From positions 55,999 to 119,998 of IMG/VR virus record IMGVR_UViG_3300027747_000967: a stretch of DNA of 64,000 nt, one strand, 5' to 3'. The stretch is from a virus. The position numbers and the translations under genes are program-made. Positions within the stretch are counted from its first letter, which is position 1. Each line of letters opens with the position of its first letter. This document shows positions 1 to 9,797 of the stretch, in pieces. The notes below the pieces were generated by a model, which was given only the letters and a program-made list of their open reading frames with translations, had not been told where the DNA came from and made no database searches.

Positions 1-900
1 ATGTTTTTCAACAGCAGATAATTTATACTTACGATAAGCATCAGTTCTCAATAAATCATGTGCTTGTGAAACAGCATCATCATCATTTTTAGCAGTAATT
101 AAAGCCATACTTGCCCATTTATTTGTTTTTGGGTCGTCAAAGTGTGCAGCGTGTGTAATATTTGCTTCATCCAACTCAACATCTTCTTTAGACATTCTAT
201 CCATAACTCTGTGCAACCCATTTTCACGATTATTAGCTTTCCTTGATAAAGTATTTTGATATTGTTTTTCTCTATCCTTATCATCAAGCGGAGGTCTTTT
301 AGAGAAATCATTAATCATACCTAAATCTTGCATTGATTTTGCAGCATAAGAAGCTTGAGTTTTTTTGGAAATCTCATCAATCTGTTCAACTTCTTCTTTA
401 TTCAAATTGGATTTAATTTTATCCATCATCGCTTTCATTTGTTCGCCATGAGGTTTATCTTTAATACTATCCATAAACTTTTTATGCTCTTGGCTTCTTT
501 CATATGCAGCCTTTGCAAATTTTTCTTTGGCTGTTTTTCTTGCTTCTTGTATTCTAGTTTTAGTAGATTTAACAGGAGCAGTTTTAATTTCAGTATGTGC
601 GGACGTTCTGGATTTTAAATTTTTTAATCTTTCGGGTGTAGCATTGTCATCAACGGATTCTATTTGATGACTTTGTTGCCAGGATCTATACGCTGGAGAT
701 TTAGAAATAGATATCTTAGTGTCTCTTGCAACAAACTTAGGATTCATACCTTTTGATTTAAGGTATGCATCTAAACCTGCACTTTCTTCCAATTCATTTT
801 CTGCAATATTTGCTTTTGCTGACCATGGATCCATAGGGTTTACTCCAAAAGTAGGCCTTGACGGCTGAGGATTAATCTTAACTGTTTCTTTCTTTTTCAT
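1..900 (-). CDS. Lys/Glu-rich putative internal head (poly)protein, 3'-truncated by window edge
   Basis: Not in the ORF track. ATG at 898-900 overlaps the upstream stop (TAATG); frame MKKKETVKINPQPSRPTFG... stays open to base 1. Contains the KEEVEQIDEISKKTQASYA module shared with 900-2510. Confidence 0.75.
   Translation of the reverse strand, partial: MKKKETVKINPQPSRPTFGVNPMDPWSAKANIAENELEESAGLDAYLKSKGMNPKFVARDTKISISKSPAYRSWQQSHQIESVDDNATPERLKNLKSRTSAHTEIKTAPVKSTKTRIQEARKTAKEKFAKAAYERSQEHKKFMDSIKDKPHGEQMKAMMDKIKSNLNKEEVEQIDEISKKTQASYAAKSMQDLGMINDFSKRPPLDDKDREKQYQNTLSRKANNRENGLHRVMDRMSKEDVELDEANITHAAHFDDPKTNKWASMALITAKNDDDAVSQAHDLLRTDAYRKYKLSAVEKH
345..398. repeat. Duplicated coding module, second copy at about 1778-1832
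   Basis: gcataagaagcttgagttttttt(g/a)gaaatctcatcaatctgttcaacttcttcttt occurs at both loci; ctatccataactctgtg is also shared (near 197 and 1610). Confidence 0.9.
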
Positions 901-2510
901 TACATAGTATCTTTTTTAATCTTCTTAAAAGATTTTTTTGCTAAGTCTTTTGCACGACTCATTGGTGTATGTGTTGCACCAGACTTATCTTTTACATTAA
1001 CAGCTACTTTTTTCCATGGAGTTTCTTCTCTCCATTTACCAGTATCTTCCTCTTTAGCTTGAACAACTTTGGAAGCAAATGTATCAATTTCTTTATTACG
1101 TTGTTTTACTTCTTTAGAACGAATATGTTTTAATTCTGGTTTAACTTCTTCGTTTTTAACTTGCTTGTCTTTAGAAAAATAAGTATGTGGAGGAGTTGTT
1201 AATTTATCATCTAACTTAATATCTACAGGACCAGGGTTTGTTGAAACTTTTTGTTTTTCTTTTGTATCTACACCTTGGTCAACTACTTCAGGTTTAACTT
1301 CTCTTTCGCTTGTTTTTAAATCTACCTTATAACTTCTAAAAGAATTTAATTTAGCAAACTTGCCATCTCTGACACGACCACGGAGCATATCTACTGTCAA
1401 TAAATCTGCATCAGGATCTTTTTCTATACCAACTGCTTCATCCATTTCAACTTCTTCTTTCATCTTACCTGAACCAAAGTATTGACGACCTTTCATTAAA
1501 TCTTTAACGGTCTTTTTACGGTCAACAACATCAGCCATCTTTTTTGTTGGTGTAGTCTTTTTGTATGTAGCATCACCTTCTTCTAAATCTACTTCTTCTT
1601 TAGCCAATCTATCCATAACTCTGTGTAAACCTTTTTGACGGTTATAGGATGCTCTTGTTAAATTGTCAATAGTTTTTTCTTTTTCGTGGTCGGGATGTAT
1701 CGTGCCGTACATTTTTTGTTGTTGTAAAGCGCTTCTTACATGAGTAGTTTTGGCTAAATCTTGCATTGAGTTGCGAGCATAAGAAGCTTGAGTTTTTTTA
1801 GAAATCTCATCAATCTGTTCAACTTCTTCTTTTTCATTTAATACAAATTCATATGAACCATTCCATGTATCAGAAGAATCTTCTTTCATCGCTTGCTTTG
1901 TAGCAGTAGCATACATGACATTCTTATAGTTTTTACCATAACGCTGTTTGAAACCTGCCAAGCCTTTTTTCATTGACATAACAATCTTCTCACGCTTCTT
2001 CATTTGAGCGTCAGTCATTTCTTCACCCATATTATTATCTGTAAATACTGGTTCAGTACCTGTCGCTTTGTTTTCTTTAATATGTGTCAATAACTTATTT
2101 GCAAAAGAATCTTCACCAATTTTCTTTAATTCTTTTTTAGTTGGTGCTTTGATACCTTTTAAATCTTTTTTACTTGGACCTTTTTCAAAAGGATTTTTAT
2201 GTTGCACTTCATGTGCCTTTTTTGAACCATATCCAGAACCACCAAGAACTTTAGTACCTGTTGCAGTAGGAAGTTTTAATGAAGCTTCACTTGCGATTTC
2301 AATTGATTCTTTGTGAGATTTAGCAGTAACAGGATATTTTTTACCTTGAAACTCGAAGTGTGATTGATTTGCTCTCTTAGCGGCATGAGCAGCCTTATGA
2401 AAACCAGTTTCATCTAATTCTGGTTCAAGTAACATTCTCTTTTTTTCTTCTTCTAATACTTGATTAACTGCATCAATCATAGACTGGCTTATTTTATCTT
2501 TTGCAAACAT
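900..2510 (-). CDS. Lys/Glu-rich putative internal head polyprotein
   Basis: 536 aa; basic modules separated by KEEVEQIDE/KEEVDLEE/KEEVEMDE linkers resembling T4 gp21 (L/I-x-E) cleavage sites; AGGAG SD. Confidence 0.6.
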   Translation of the reverse strand: MFAKDKISQSMIDAVNQVLEEEKKRMLLEPELDETGFHKAAHAAKRANQSHFEFQGKKYPVTAKSHKESIEIASEASLKLPTATGTKVLGGSGYGSKKAHEVQHKNPFEKGPSKKDLKGIKAPTKKELKKIGEDSFANKLLTHIKENKATGTEPVFTDNNMGEEMTDAQMKKREKIVMSMKKGLAGFKQRYGKNYKNVMYATATKQAMKEDSSDTWNGSYEFVLNEKEEVEQIDEISKKTQASYARNSMQDLAKTTHVRSALQQQKMYGTIHPDHEKEKTIDNLTRASYNRQKGLHRVMDRLAKEEVDLEEGDATYKKTTPTKKMADVVDRKKTVKDLMKGRQYFGSGKMKEEVEMDEAVGIEKDPDADLLTVDMLRGRVRDGKFAKLNSFRSYKVDLKTSEREVKPEVVDQGVDTKEKQKVSTNPGPVDIKLDDKLTTPPHTYFSKDKQVKNEEVKPELKHIRSKEVKQRNKEIDTFASKVVQAKEEDTGKWREETPWKKVAVNVKDKSGATHTPMSRAKDLAKKSFKKIKKDTM

Positions 2511-2524
2511 TTTATTCTCCTATT

Positions 2525-3535
2525 TTATCTGCATTTCCACTTGCGTAATGCGAGTGCTTTTCTTGTTGGTTCACCATTTGGTTTCTTCATTGCACCAGGC
2601 ATACCACCCATCCTAGCACAAAATGACTTTCTACGCTTAGCTGCTTTACTTCCTGGTTTTACTTTACCTGTAACTGCTTTCTTTAATGTAGAACCTGGAT
2701 TTTCTCTACGATATGATGCAATACCTTTTGCATTTAGTCCGCCTGTAGGATTCTTACCTTCTTTTCTACGCCAAGCGGCAGTCTCGTATAATTCTTCGTC
2801 TGAAACATCTTCAAGGTTTTCCCAAAGAATTTCAGGATCAATATTACTTTCTTCTGCAATACCGTTAACAACTTCTTCTAAAATGTCAAACAATTCTTCA
2901 ACATCATATTCTTCAACTTCTTCATCAATATCTTCAGCCGTCCATTTATAATAACTGTGTTTATTTAAATGAGCAAGGGCTTCTTTATGTTTGCCAGCAG
3001 CTACTAGATTTCCCACAGCTCTAGCATGGCTCACAGGAACATTATCACCTCCATGACCCCGTGGAAATATATTAGCTGGATGAAGTGCAGAGCGTTCACC
3101 ATGCACTTCATGATATAGTTTACCATTGTTTTTACCGACATTAAAGTGATAATGGTTTTTTGATTGGTCCTGCGCATGAAAAGATGCCAGTCTTGTTTCA
3201 ACCAATTTTTCAACTTCTTCTTTCATTTGCACAACAGAATGTAATTTATCTTGTTTACCATCTTTACGTTCTAATCTATTACCTTGAGCGTGTTTCTTTG
3301 CAGCATCTAAATTTCTATGAGTGAAATCCATATAATGCGTTACTTCATTGGTATCAGGATCGTGATAAGTTGCACGAAATTTATATGGATAGTGTTTTGC
3401 TTCTTCTAATTCAACTTCTTCTTCTTTTACACAAGAACCTTTTGAAAATGCTTTTTTACCAGGAACAGGTTTGTATCCTGACCAGCATCTACCTTTTTCT
3501 TCTAAGTATTCTTTAAATTCTTTAAATGTTCTCAT
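2525..3535 (-). CDS. Putative internal head protein with capsid-targeting-like N-terminus and conserved basic C-terminal domain (DUF6321-like)
   Basis: Starts MRTFKEFKEYLEE; has a CWSGY module, E-rich linkers and C-terminal GKNPTGGLNAKG...RRKSFCARM...LRKWKC, recalled from T4-like phages. Confidence 0.65.
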   Translation of the reverse strand: MRTFKEFKEYLEEKGRCWSGYKPVPGKKAFSKGSCVKEEEVELEEAKHYPYKFRATYHDPDTNEVTHYMDFTHRNLDAAKKHAQGNRLERKDGKQDKLHSVVQMKEEVEKLVETRLASFHAQDQSKNHYHFNVGKNNGKLYHEVHGERSALHPANIFPRGHGGDNVPVSHARAVGNLVAAGKHKEALAHLNKHSYYKWTAEDIDEEVEEYDVEELFDILEEVVNGIAEESNIDPEILWENLEDVSDEELYETAAWRRKEGKNPTGGLNAKGIASYRRENPGSTLKKAVTGKVKPGSKAAKRRKSFCARMGGMPGAMKKPNGEPTRKALALRKWKCR

Positions 3536-5376
3536 TTTTTTCCTTTAATCCAATCGTCAGGTATCTTACCATGTTTCTTTTTAAAATCGTTATGTAAATC
3601 TTTGCCGGTAATTCCATGTTTAACAGCAATTTTTTTCATTAAACTATCAATTGAATCATAACTATGACTATCTAACTTCTGTAAACCTTTTTCTAATTCT
3701 ACTACACAGTCCTCATTAAATTTCTTCTTACCTTTTTTCTTAATGATGACACCAACATTTCTATTTAAATCTTTATAGGTATCCATACCTTCTTTGTTGC
3801 TAGCACCACCTAAAACACCACCTAAACCAGATTCAACATCATTTTGAAAACCATTATATTCTTTAAATGTTCTCAACTTCTTCTTTTTAGGTACATCATA
3901 ATCACTACTTAAAGGATTTACAGAACCACCACCTGGCATTGCGTTACTAGCAGGACTTGCATTACTATATTCTACTGTCTCTCCCATGCCACCTAATCCA
4001 GCACCACCAGTTAATCCCGAACCATTAGTTCTCGTATTCCATTCTCCACCTAAACCAGTTGGTCTTACAGATTTAGGTTCTTTACCTGAAGTATCGCCAC
4101 CTTTTAATCTTTTCTTTTTATCATTATCATAATTAAAATTGGGTTCTTTAGGTAAAGGCAATGCTCTTAAAATAGGTTTACTTTCTGTCAATACACCCCT
4201 ATTCCTTTTCAACCATCCTTCTGCTACATCGGTAAATCTGTTGGAATCTAAAAAGAGGTTTGTATTTTCATATACTGTATGAATATCCTCTTCCTTGGTA
4301 TCTAGGTTTCCTGTGTTGTCAAAGCCTATAAATGTCTCAAAAATTTCATAAAAACTATTAATATTTTTTTGCGATTTATTCCATTTGTGATATCGAGCAG
4401 ATTCATTCATCATTTTAGACAATGATTCATTTCTTTGTTTACTAATTTCATTGGTTGTTCCAACAAAAATCATCATGGTTTCGTAACCAAGTTCTTCAAG
4501 TTCTTCTTTAATATAAGAAACTTTTTCATAATCGTCCGCAGGTCCATTAATGATTAGTGGGCTTCTTCTGCGAATTGACTCTCTACGATAATCGTTGGTT
4601 TTTTCGGATAGTTTTTGTTTATCACCAAGAAAATCAATAGCTTGCGTAAAATTAATTTCAGTCATTTTACTCTCAGCAATGGCTTCACGGATAATAATGT
4701 CTTTACCTGAACCTGGACCACCAGTTAGAAAGATTGCCTTGAATGAACCACGATATATTTGTTCATTTAATCCCATGCCTTTACGGACATCATGCATCAA
4801 TTCTTTTGTGTGTTCGTCAGAAACATGAGATGGAACACCTTCACGAAAGCCAGCGAAATTATTATTTTTTGCGTGTTCTCTCATTTTTGTAGCAGACATA
4901 CCTTCTGCACCTTCAGCGTCAGGGTCACGATGACCAGCAGACACAACACTTATCTTTTTGAACTTATAAAAACCGTGTTTACCTTTTACGTCATTGTATT
5001 TGTCCAATGTTGTTTGGAATTCTTTAACACGGTCAGAACCAGCAACTACGATTAGATGGTCATGTCCTTTATTATAAAGTCTGGTAGCATGATGAAAAAT
5101 AGAAGGTTCTTCGGAACTAGAAGATTCAAAATTTGTACCAGGAGAATATCTTCTTAAATGTTTAATTTTTTGTTTGGCAGACAAAGGATTCTTTTTTGTA
5201 TCTTGTGAATGTGATACAATAATATGATGTGGTGCATGATTTTTTTCTGCAACTTCTCTTATTTTATGAATTAACTTTAAATGACCAGTAGTAGGAGGAT
5301 TCATACGACCAAACGCCATCACCACAGGATTATGTGTTTTTTCTATTTCTTCATATAATTCTAAAAATGATTTCAT
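3532..5376 (-). CDS. HIGH-family cytidylyltransferase-like nucleotidyltransferase fused to a P-loop (zeta-toxin/kinase-like) domain
   Basis: FGRMNPPTTGH (HIGH-like), KKNPL, VAGSDR and MSATKMR motifs; second domain AIFLTGGPGSGKD (Walker A). Confidence 0.8.
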   Translation of the reverse strand: MKSFLELYEEIEKTHNPVVMAFGRMNPPTTGHLKLIHKIREVAEKNHAPHHIIVSHSQDTKKNPLSAKQKIKHLRRYSPGTNFESSSSEEPSIFHHATRLYNKGHDHLIVVAGSDRVKEFQTTLDKYNDVKGKHGFYKFKKISVVSAGHRDPDAEGAEGMSATKMREHAKNNNFAGFREGVPSHVSDEHTKELMHDVRKGMGLNEQIYRGSFKAIFLTGGPGSGKDIIIREAIAESKMTEINFTQAIDFLGDKQKLSEKTNDYRRESIRRRSPLIINGPADDYEKVSYIKEELEELGYETMMIFVGTTNEISKQRNESLSKMMNESARYHKWNKSQKNINSFYEIFETFIGFDNTGNLDTKEEDIHTVYENTNLFLDSNRFTDVAEGWLKRNRGVLTESKPILRALPLPKEPNFNYDNDKKKRLKGGDTSGKEPKSVRPTGLGGEWNTRTNGSGLTGGAGLGGMGETVEYSNASPASNAMPGGGSVNPLSSDYDVPKKKKLRTFKEYNGFQNDVESGLGGVLGGASNKEGMDTYKDLNRNVGVIIKKKGKKKFNEDCVVELEKGLQKLDSHSYDSIDSLMKKIAVKHGITGKDLHNDFKKKHGKIPDDWIKGKK

Positions 5377-6380
5377 TCGTCTATCGTTTTCTTAAAATTG
5401 ATACCTTTATGGCCTAATGTTTTGGCCATTGCTTGTAAGTGTTCATCTTCATCTAAATCAACATGACTTTTTTCCAAATGTTTTACTTTAAACATCACCA
5501 TTCTTTTCATAGGATCGCCAGTTTTTTGATAAACTCTGAATTGTCCTTTACCTTTTGCTTCAGGTAATCCGTGGCCAGTTGCATCTTTTTTTCCTACTTT
5601 ATAAGTACCGTGTTTACCAACTTGCAAAACATGGACATGATGGTCTTTTAAATATCCGTTTGCTGGGTCCAAATTTTCATGTTCAAATAAAACATCTTTA
5701 GCTCTTTTGACATTTTCATTGGGCATATGATGTTTATTCATATGTTCTAAGATACCTTTTGCTTCAATATGTTTTGCATAAGTAGGCCTATTCGCCTTAT
5801 TCTTTTCGGGCATATGCCAACCGCCTTTGTTTTTATCATAGGCAATCGTCAATTGACCAAATGCGGCTGTTTTACCAATTTTTGTTTCACCTTGTAACAC
5901 TTTTTTATCTCCAACTTCTCTTTCACTATGAACTCTACCTTTATGTTTCTGTCCGGTTTTTTTATTAATTAAATTAAAATCATTACCAGCAGAAAAACCA
6001 GCGGCTTCTCCGTGCATCAAACCATGTTTTTTTAATCTTTCAACAAATTGTTTTTCATAATCAAAACCTTTATTAGCTTTTTGTTCACCAGGTTTAACAA
6101 TTTTATTTGCAGGTATTAAAGTTTTCTTTTTTGTAACATTATCGGTAGCATGAACAAATAATTTACCGTCATATCTTTCTGCTTTATGTAATATTAAATC
6201 AGCGCCTGCAGGAACATCTTTATGACCTACGCCTAGTTTATGAGTAGGCGTTTTACTATTCAAATGAGGTGTAACATATTGTTTTTCGTGTCTTTCTGTG
6301 TCAAATCCAGTTGCAGCAATATATCCTCTCGATTCAAGAATTAAATCTTCATAGAGAATATATTCTTTAAAATTAAACAT
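5373..6380 (-). CDS. Hypothetical protein, possible PD-(D/E)XK nuclease fold, capsid-targeting-like N-terminus
   Basis: GFDYE helix ... GNDF ... GETK ... FGQ pattern; starts MFNFKEY. Confidence 0.45.
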   Translation of the reverse strand: MFNFKEYILYEDLILESRGYIAATGFDTERHEKQYVTPHLNSKTPTHKLGVGHKDVPAGADLILHKAERYDGKLFVHATDNVTKKKTLIPANKIVKPGEQKANKGFDYEKQFVERLKKHGLMHGEAAGFSAGNDFNLINKKTGQKHKGRVHSEREVGDKKVLQGETKIGKTAAFGQLTIAYDKNKGGWHMPEKNKANRPTYAKHIEAKGILEHMNKHHMPNENVKRAKDVLFEHENLDPANGYLKDHHVHVLQVGKHGTYKVGKKDATGHGLPEAKGKGQFRVYQKTGDPMKRMVMFKVKHLEKSHVDLDEDEHLQAMAKTLGHKGINFKKTIDE

Positions 6381-6383
6381 TTA

Positions 6384-7559
6384 CTATCTCACCTTTAATA
6401 AATTTGCACGAGCAAATTCGGCTCGGTTGACTAATTTTGTAGGCTCGCCTGCATGATTGACTACAAAACCTTCTGGTTTACTTCTTTTACCTGCAATATG
6501 GTGGTCTAATCCACCTTCATGTTGTTCTAAATTTTTAACTAAAATATTTTTAGCTTGTTGTAAGTGGTGATGCATATTTAATAAATTTTCATAATGGTCT
6601 TTATTTTTTTCTATATGGTCAGTATGCATTTTTGCTTCTTGTTTTTTTCTTGATTGAGCCGCAGGCGTTTTTAATTTAGCAATAGCTTTATTATATTTTT
6701 CTTGTATATGGTTTGATAAACCTTCAGCGGAAGGTTTTTCACCTGTTCTTACTGTTTGATTTATATAGGTTCCTAGTTGACCAGATTCACCACGATGTGG
6801 TTCGGTTGCCTTATACATTTCACCTTTATGTTCATCATGTATTGCTTTTGCGGCATTCATATGATTATTAAATTCTTCTTGGTCTTTTTCTGAGTAGTGT
6901 ATCTGACTAGTATCGTGTTCTGCGGATTTAGTCCAAACATCCGGATGTTGTTTGAAGTTATGTAAATCTGGATGAGGATCAGCAGACATACTATCAATTG
7001 TTTTTCCGTGATATTGTTGGTGAATAACAACACCCATTTTTGCTTTACGAACTTTATCTGCTTCTTCGCCTTTTGCGGTATAACGAATTGTGTTAGGAGT
7101 AAAAGAGACACCCCCATCCGATTCTTCTTTATCACCTTCTGAAAACATCATATCGCCTTGATATACACCAGACTTGGGTGACATCTTTTTAAGATGTTTA
7201 AGTGCTGAATGTAATTTTTCTACAAGGCCAGGAGCGTGTCCGTGATTTTTAACAATATCTGCGTGAGTATAGTTGATTTTAGGATTTTTATTGAAAGCAG
7301 ATTTCGAAGCAACAAAAAATTTACCTGTTTCTGGATGATGACCAAATACAATAGATGGAGAACCATCATACTTCATAGTTAAAGCGGTACTTTTACTTCC
7401 AGATTTAATGTGTTCGTGTGTTTGACTTAAAGCGTTATATGTATGTGTAAAACCTTTTGAGCCATATAATAAAGGTCTATCTTCAGCATGGTCTATATGC
7501 TTAAGTTTTTGACCTTCTTCTTCGGCCTCTTCTTTTATGAATACTAAAAATGGTTTCAT
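6384..7559 (-). CDS. Conserved T4-like protein with ATP-dependent ligase-like nucleotidyltransferase motifs (DUF6267-like)
   Basis: TMKYDGSP (motif I KxDG), YQGDMM (motif III-like), PEGFVV (motif IV), TKLVNR (motif V). Confidence 0.6.
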   Translation of the reverse strand: MKPFLVFIKEEAEEEGQKLKHIDHAEDRPLLYGSKGFTHTYNALSQTHEHIKSGSKSTALTMKYDGSPSIVFGHHPETGKFFVASKSAFNKNPKINYTHADIVKNHGHAPGLVEKLHSALKHLKKMSPKSGVYQGDMMFSEGDKEESDGGVSFTPNTIRYTAKGEEADKVRKAKMGVVIHQQYHGKTIDSMSADPHPDLHNFKQHPDVWTKSAEHDTSQIHYSEKDQEEFNNHMNAAKAIHDEHKGEMYKATEPHRGESGQLGTYINQTVRTGEKPSAEGLSNHIQEKYNKAIAKLKTPAAQSRKKQEAKMHTDHIEKNKDHYENLLNMHHHLQQAKNILVKNLEQHEGGLDHHIAGKRSKPEGFVVNHAGEPTKLVNRAEFARANLLKVR

Positions 7560-7601
7560 TAATTACCTCATGGATTGCAACACACTTTGGTTGCCATGAT
7601 G

Positions 7602-7609
7602 TATTTATA
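7602..7609 (-). promoter_or_regulatory. T4-type late promoter TATAAATA
   Basis: Exact TATAAATA about 40 nt upstream of the 7559 start, which has a GAGG SD. Confidence 0.75.
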
Positions 7610-7691
7610 CAACTTTTGATTTCATATAACCGAACTTTACAAAAATTCGGTTAAATATATAGAGAGAAGTTTGAGCTTAAATTATTGGGTT

Positions 7692-8525
7692 TTATACCAG
7701 TAATTCAATCATCTTTGACATAGGATATTGAGGTTCATATCCTAATTTTTTGATTTTTTTGATGTCTAGTATCATATCTTTTGCTTGAACAATACTATGA
7801 AATCTAGGTGTTGGTATACTATTAAAAGATGAAGAAGAATTTGTCATTTCCTTAACCTTCAACATTACGTCCATCAAACGAATACCTTCACCGTTCGCTA
7901 GGTTGTAGATTTCATTCTTTTTTCCAGAATTTAGAATAAGGTTGATACCAGACACGACATCATCTACATAAATGTAATCTCTATACACTTCACCACCCTC
8001 ATATAGATTGATGGGATTACCTTGTTTAACTTCATTAATCATATATTGTAAAGCATTCTTCTTAGCAGACGCCTTGCCATCTGATTTACCTACCACATTA
8101 CCTAAACGAATAATACGATAAGGTATTTCAAATGTTTTACAATAAGAAATGAGTAATTGTTCAGCTGCTCGTTTGGTAATTGAATAGAACCCTCTAGGGT
8201 CACAACCATAGGTTTCTTTAGCAGGTAGTTTAACGTCACCATAGACAAACCAAGAACTAATAAAGTTAAATGTAATATCTTTACCTTTACAAGACTCTAG
8301 TACTTTAATTAAAGTCGTAAGATTGGTTTCAATGTCAAGATAAGGGTTAGTGTGAACATTATAATTATCAATAGTAGATATAAAGTATAAAACATCCGTA
8401 ACTCCTTCCTTTGCTTTCACTTCATAGTCATTTCTTTCATTAACCCAAAGATATCCATCTGTCAATTCTACATAACGAGAACCTATAAAACCTTTACCTC
8501 CAAAAACATTGATTAATCGTTCCAT
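7692..8525 (-). CDS. NAD-dependent sugar epimerase/dehydratase (extended SDR)
   Basis: GGKGFIG, SSWFVYG, YSITK (YxxxK), RDYIYVDD. Confidence 0.9.
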   Translation of the reverse strand: MERLINVFGGKGFIGSRYVELTDGYLWVNERNDYEVKAKEGVTDVLYFISTIDNYNVHTNPYLDIETNLTTLIKVLESCKGKDITFNFISSWFVYGDVKLPAKETYGCDPRGFYSITKRAAEQLLISYCKTFEIPYRIIRLGNVVGKSDGKASAKKNALQYMINEVKQGNPINLYEGGEVYRDYIYVDDVVSGINLILNSGKKNEIYNLANGEGIRLMDVMLKVKEMTNSSSSFNSIPTPRFHSIVQAKDMILDIKKIKKLGYEPQYPMSKMIELLV

Positions 8526-9796
8526 TTTTTACAAACCTTTTCAATGTAAGCCAAAATCTTTTCATTATAAAGAGGTGAACAACCAATAAAGAATACATTA
8601 CTGAGAGCAAGATTTGAATTAGGATACTTTTTATAGTCATCTAGATGTTTGTATCCTGGATGTAATAAAATGTTACCACTAAAATAATTTCTTGTCTGAA
8701 TCTTGTTTTCTTCAAAGTGAGCAACTAACATTTCTTTTGCTTCTTGTGATTCACAATAGATAGGAACACCAAACCACGAAGTTTCGGCAACAGAAGATTC
8801 GTTAATGACACGAGCCTCTTTGATGTTATTCTCAATAAACTTTTGTATTCTTTCTTTATACTCACGGCGCTTAGAGTGAATAAAATCAAATTTCTTTAAT
8901 TGTTCAATACCAATTGCACCTTGTAAATCTAATGGTTTTAAATTATAACCCATTGTCGTAAACAGATACTTGTGGTCAATCACACCGTCATAGTTTGGTA
9001 ACCAGTTATCAAATCTTTTACCACAACTACCACATTGTAATAGATTGTTTGCACCAACACAATAACAATCACGACCCCACCAGGAAATGCTTCTTGCTAA
9101 CTTAATATATTCTTCATCATTAGAACTGACCATTCCACCTTCACCGGTTGAGATATGATGTGCAGGATAGAATGAAGTAGACCAGCAATAATAGTATTCT
9201 GTTATTAATTCATTCTTGTATTTTGTACCAAGACTATCACAATTATCACCAATCAATAAAATATTGTTACGATAACAAATGTCATGTAATACATCCATAT
9301 CAGGAGGATTACCAAGAACAGGAGATACAAAAATTGCTCTAGTCTTTGATGTAATCTTTTCTTCGATTCTTGTAACATCAAAATTTAGTGTTTTTAACTC
9401 AATATCAATGAAAACAGGTTTCAAACCATTCTGTGAGATTGGTGCAATCGTTGTGGGGAATCCAACAGGAGATACAATAATCTCATCTTCAGGTTCCCAT
9501 TTAAATTTATTCTTTAGTGCCGTAATCATTACAAGGTTCGCTGATGAACCTGAGTTTACCATGTGTGAGTATTTGACATTAAACTTATCACAAAACTCTT
9601 GTTGAAATTGAGACACTTTTTCACCAGAAACAATCCATTTACCATTGACTAATGTATCAATTGCAGCATACATTTCTTTTTCGTCCCACAGTTGGCCTGA
9701 ATACTGAACGAATTGTCCTTCTTCGTAATTGTCATAATTCTTTGCGTAAGCTGGACGCTCTCTCGATAATGCTTCAATCATTTGATGTATAATCAT
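8513..9796 (-). CDS. rfbH: CDP-6-deoxy-4-keto-hexose 3-dehydratase-like PMP enzyme (RfbH/DdhC, DegT family)
   Basis: VNSGSSANL, DNCDSLG and SFYPAHHISTGEGG (His at the usual catalytic Lys position, as in E1); GRDCYC...CG Fe-S cysteines; DHKY, GYNLKP. Confidence 0.85.
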   Translation of the reverse strand: MIIHQMIEALSRERPAYAKNYDNYEEGQFVQYSGQLWDEKEMYAAIDTLVNGKWIVSGEKVSQFQQEFCDKFNVKYSHMVNSGSSANLVMITALKNKFKWEPEDEIIVSPVGFPTTIAPISQNGLKPVFIDIELKTLNFDVTRIEEKITSKTRAIFVSPVLGNPPDMDVLHDICYRNNILLIGDNCDSLGTKYKNELITEYYYCWSTSFYPAHHISTGEGGMVSSNDEEYIKLARSISWWGRDCYCVGANNLLQCGSCGKRFDNWLPNYDGVIDHKYLFTTMGYNLKPLDLQGAIGIEQLKKFDFIHSKRREYKERIQKFIENNIKEARVINESSVAETSWFGVPIYCESQEAKEMLVAHFEENKIQTRNYFSGNILLHPGYKHLDDYKKYPNSNLALSNVFFIGCSPLYNEKILAYIEKVCKKWND

Positions 9797-9797
9797 A

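Noticed and set aside
3532-5376. Cytidylyltransferase as the CDP-glucose source for RfbH
   Set aside because: It is a HIGH-superfamily enzyme, not the GT-A-fold RfbF type, and sits behind a separate late promoter.
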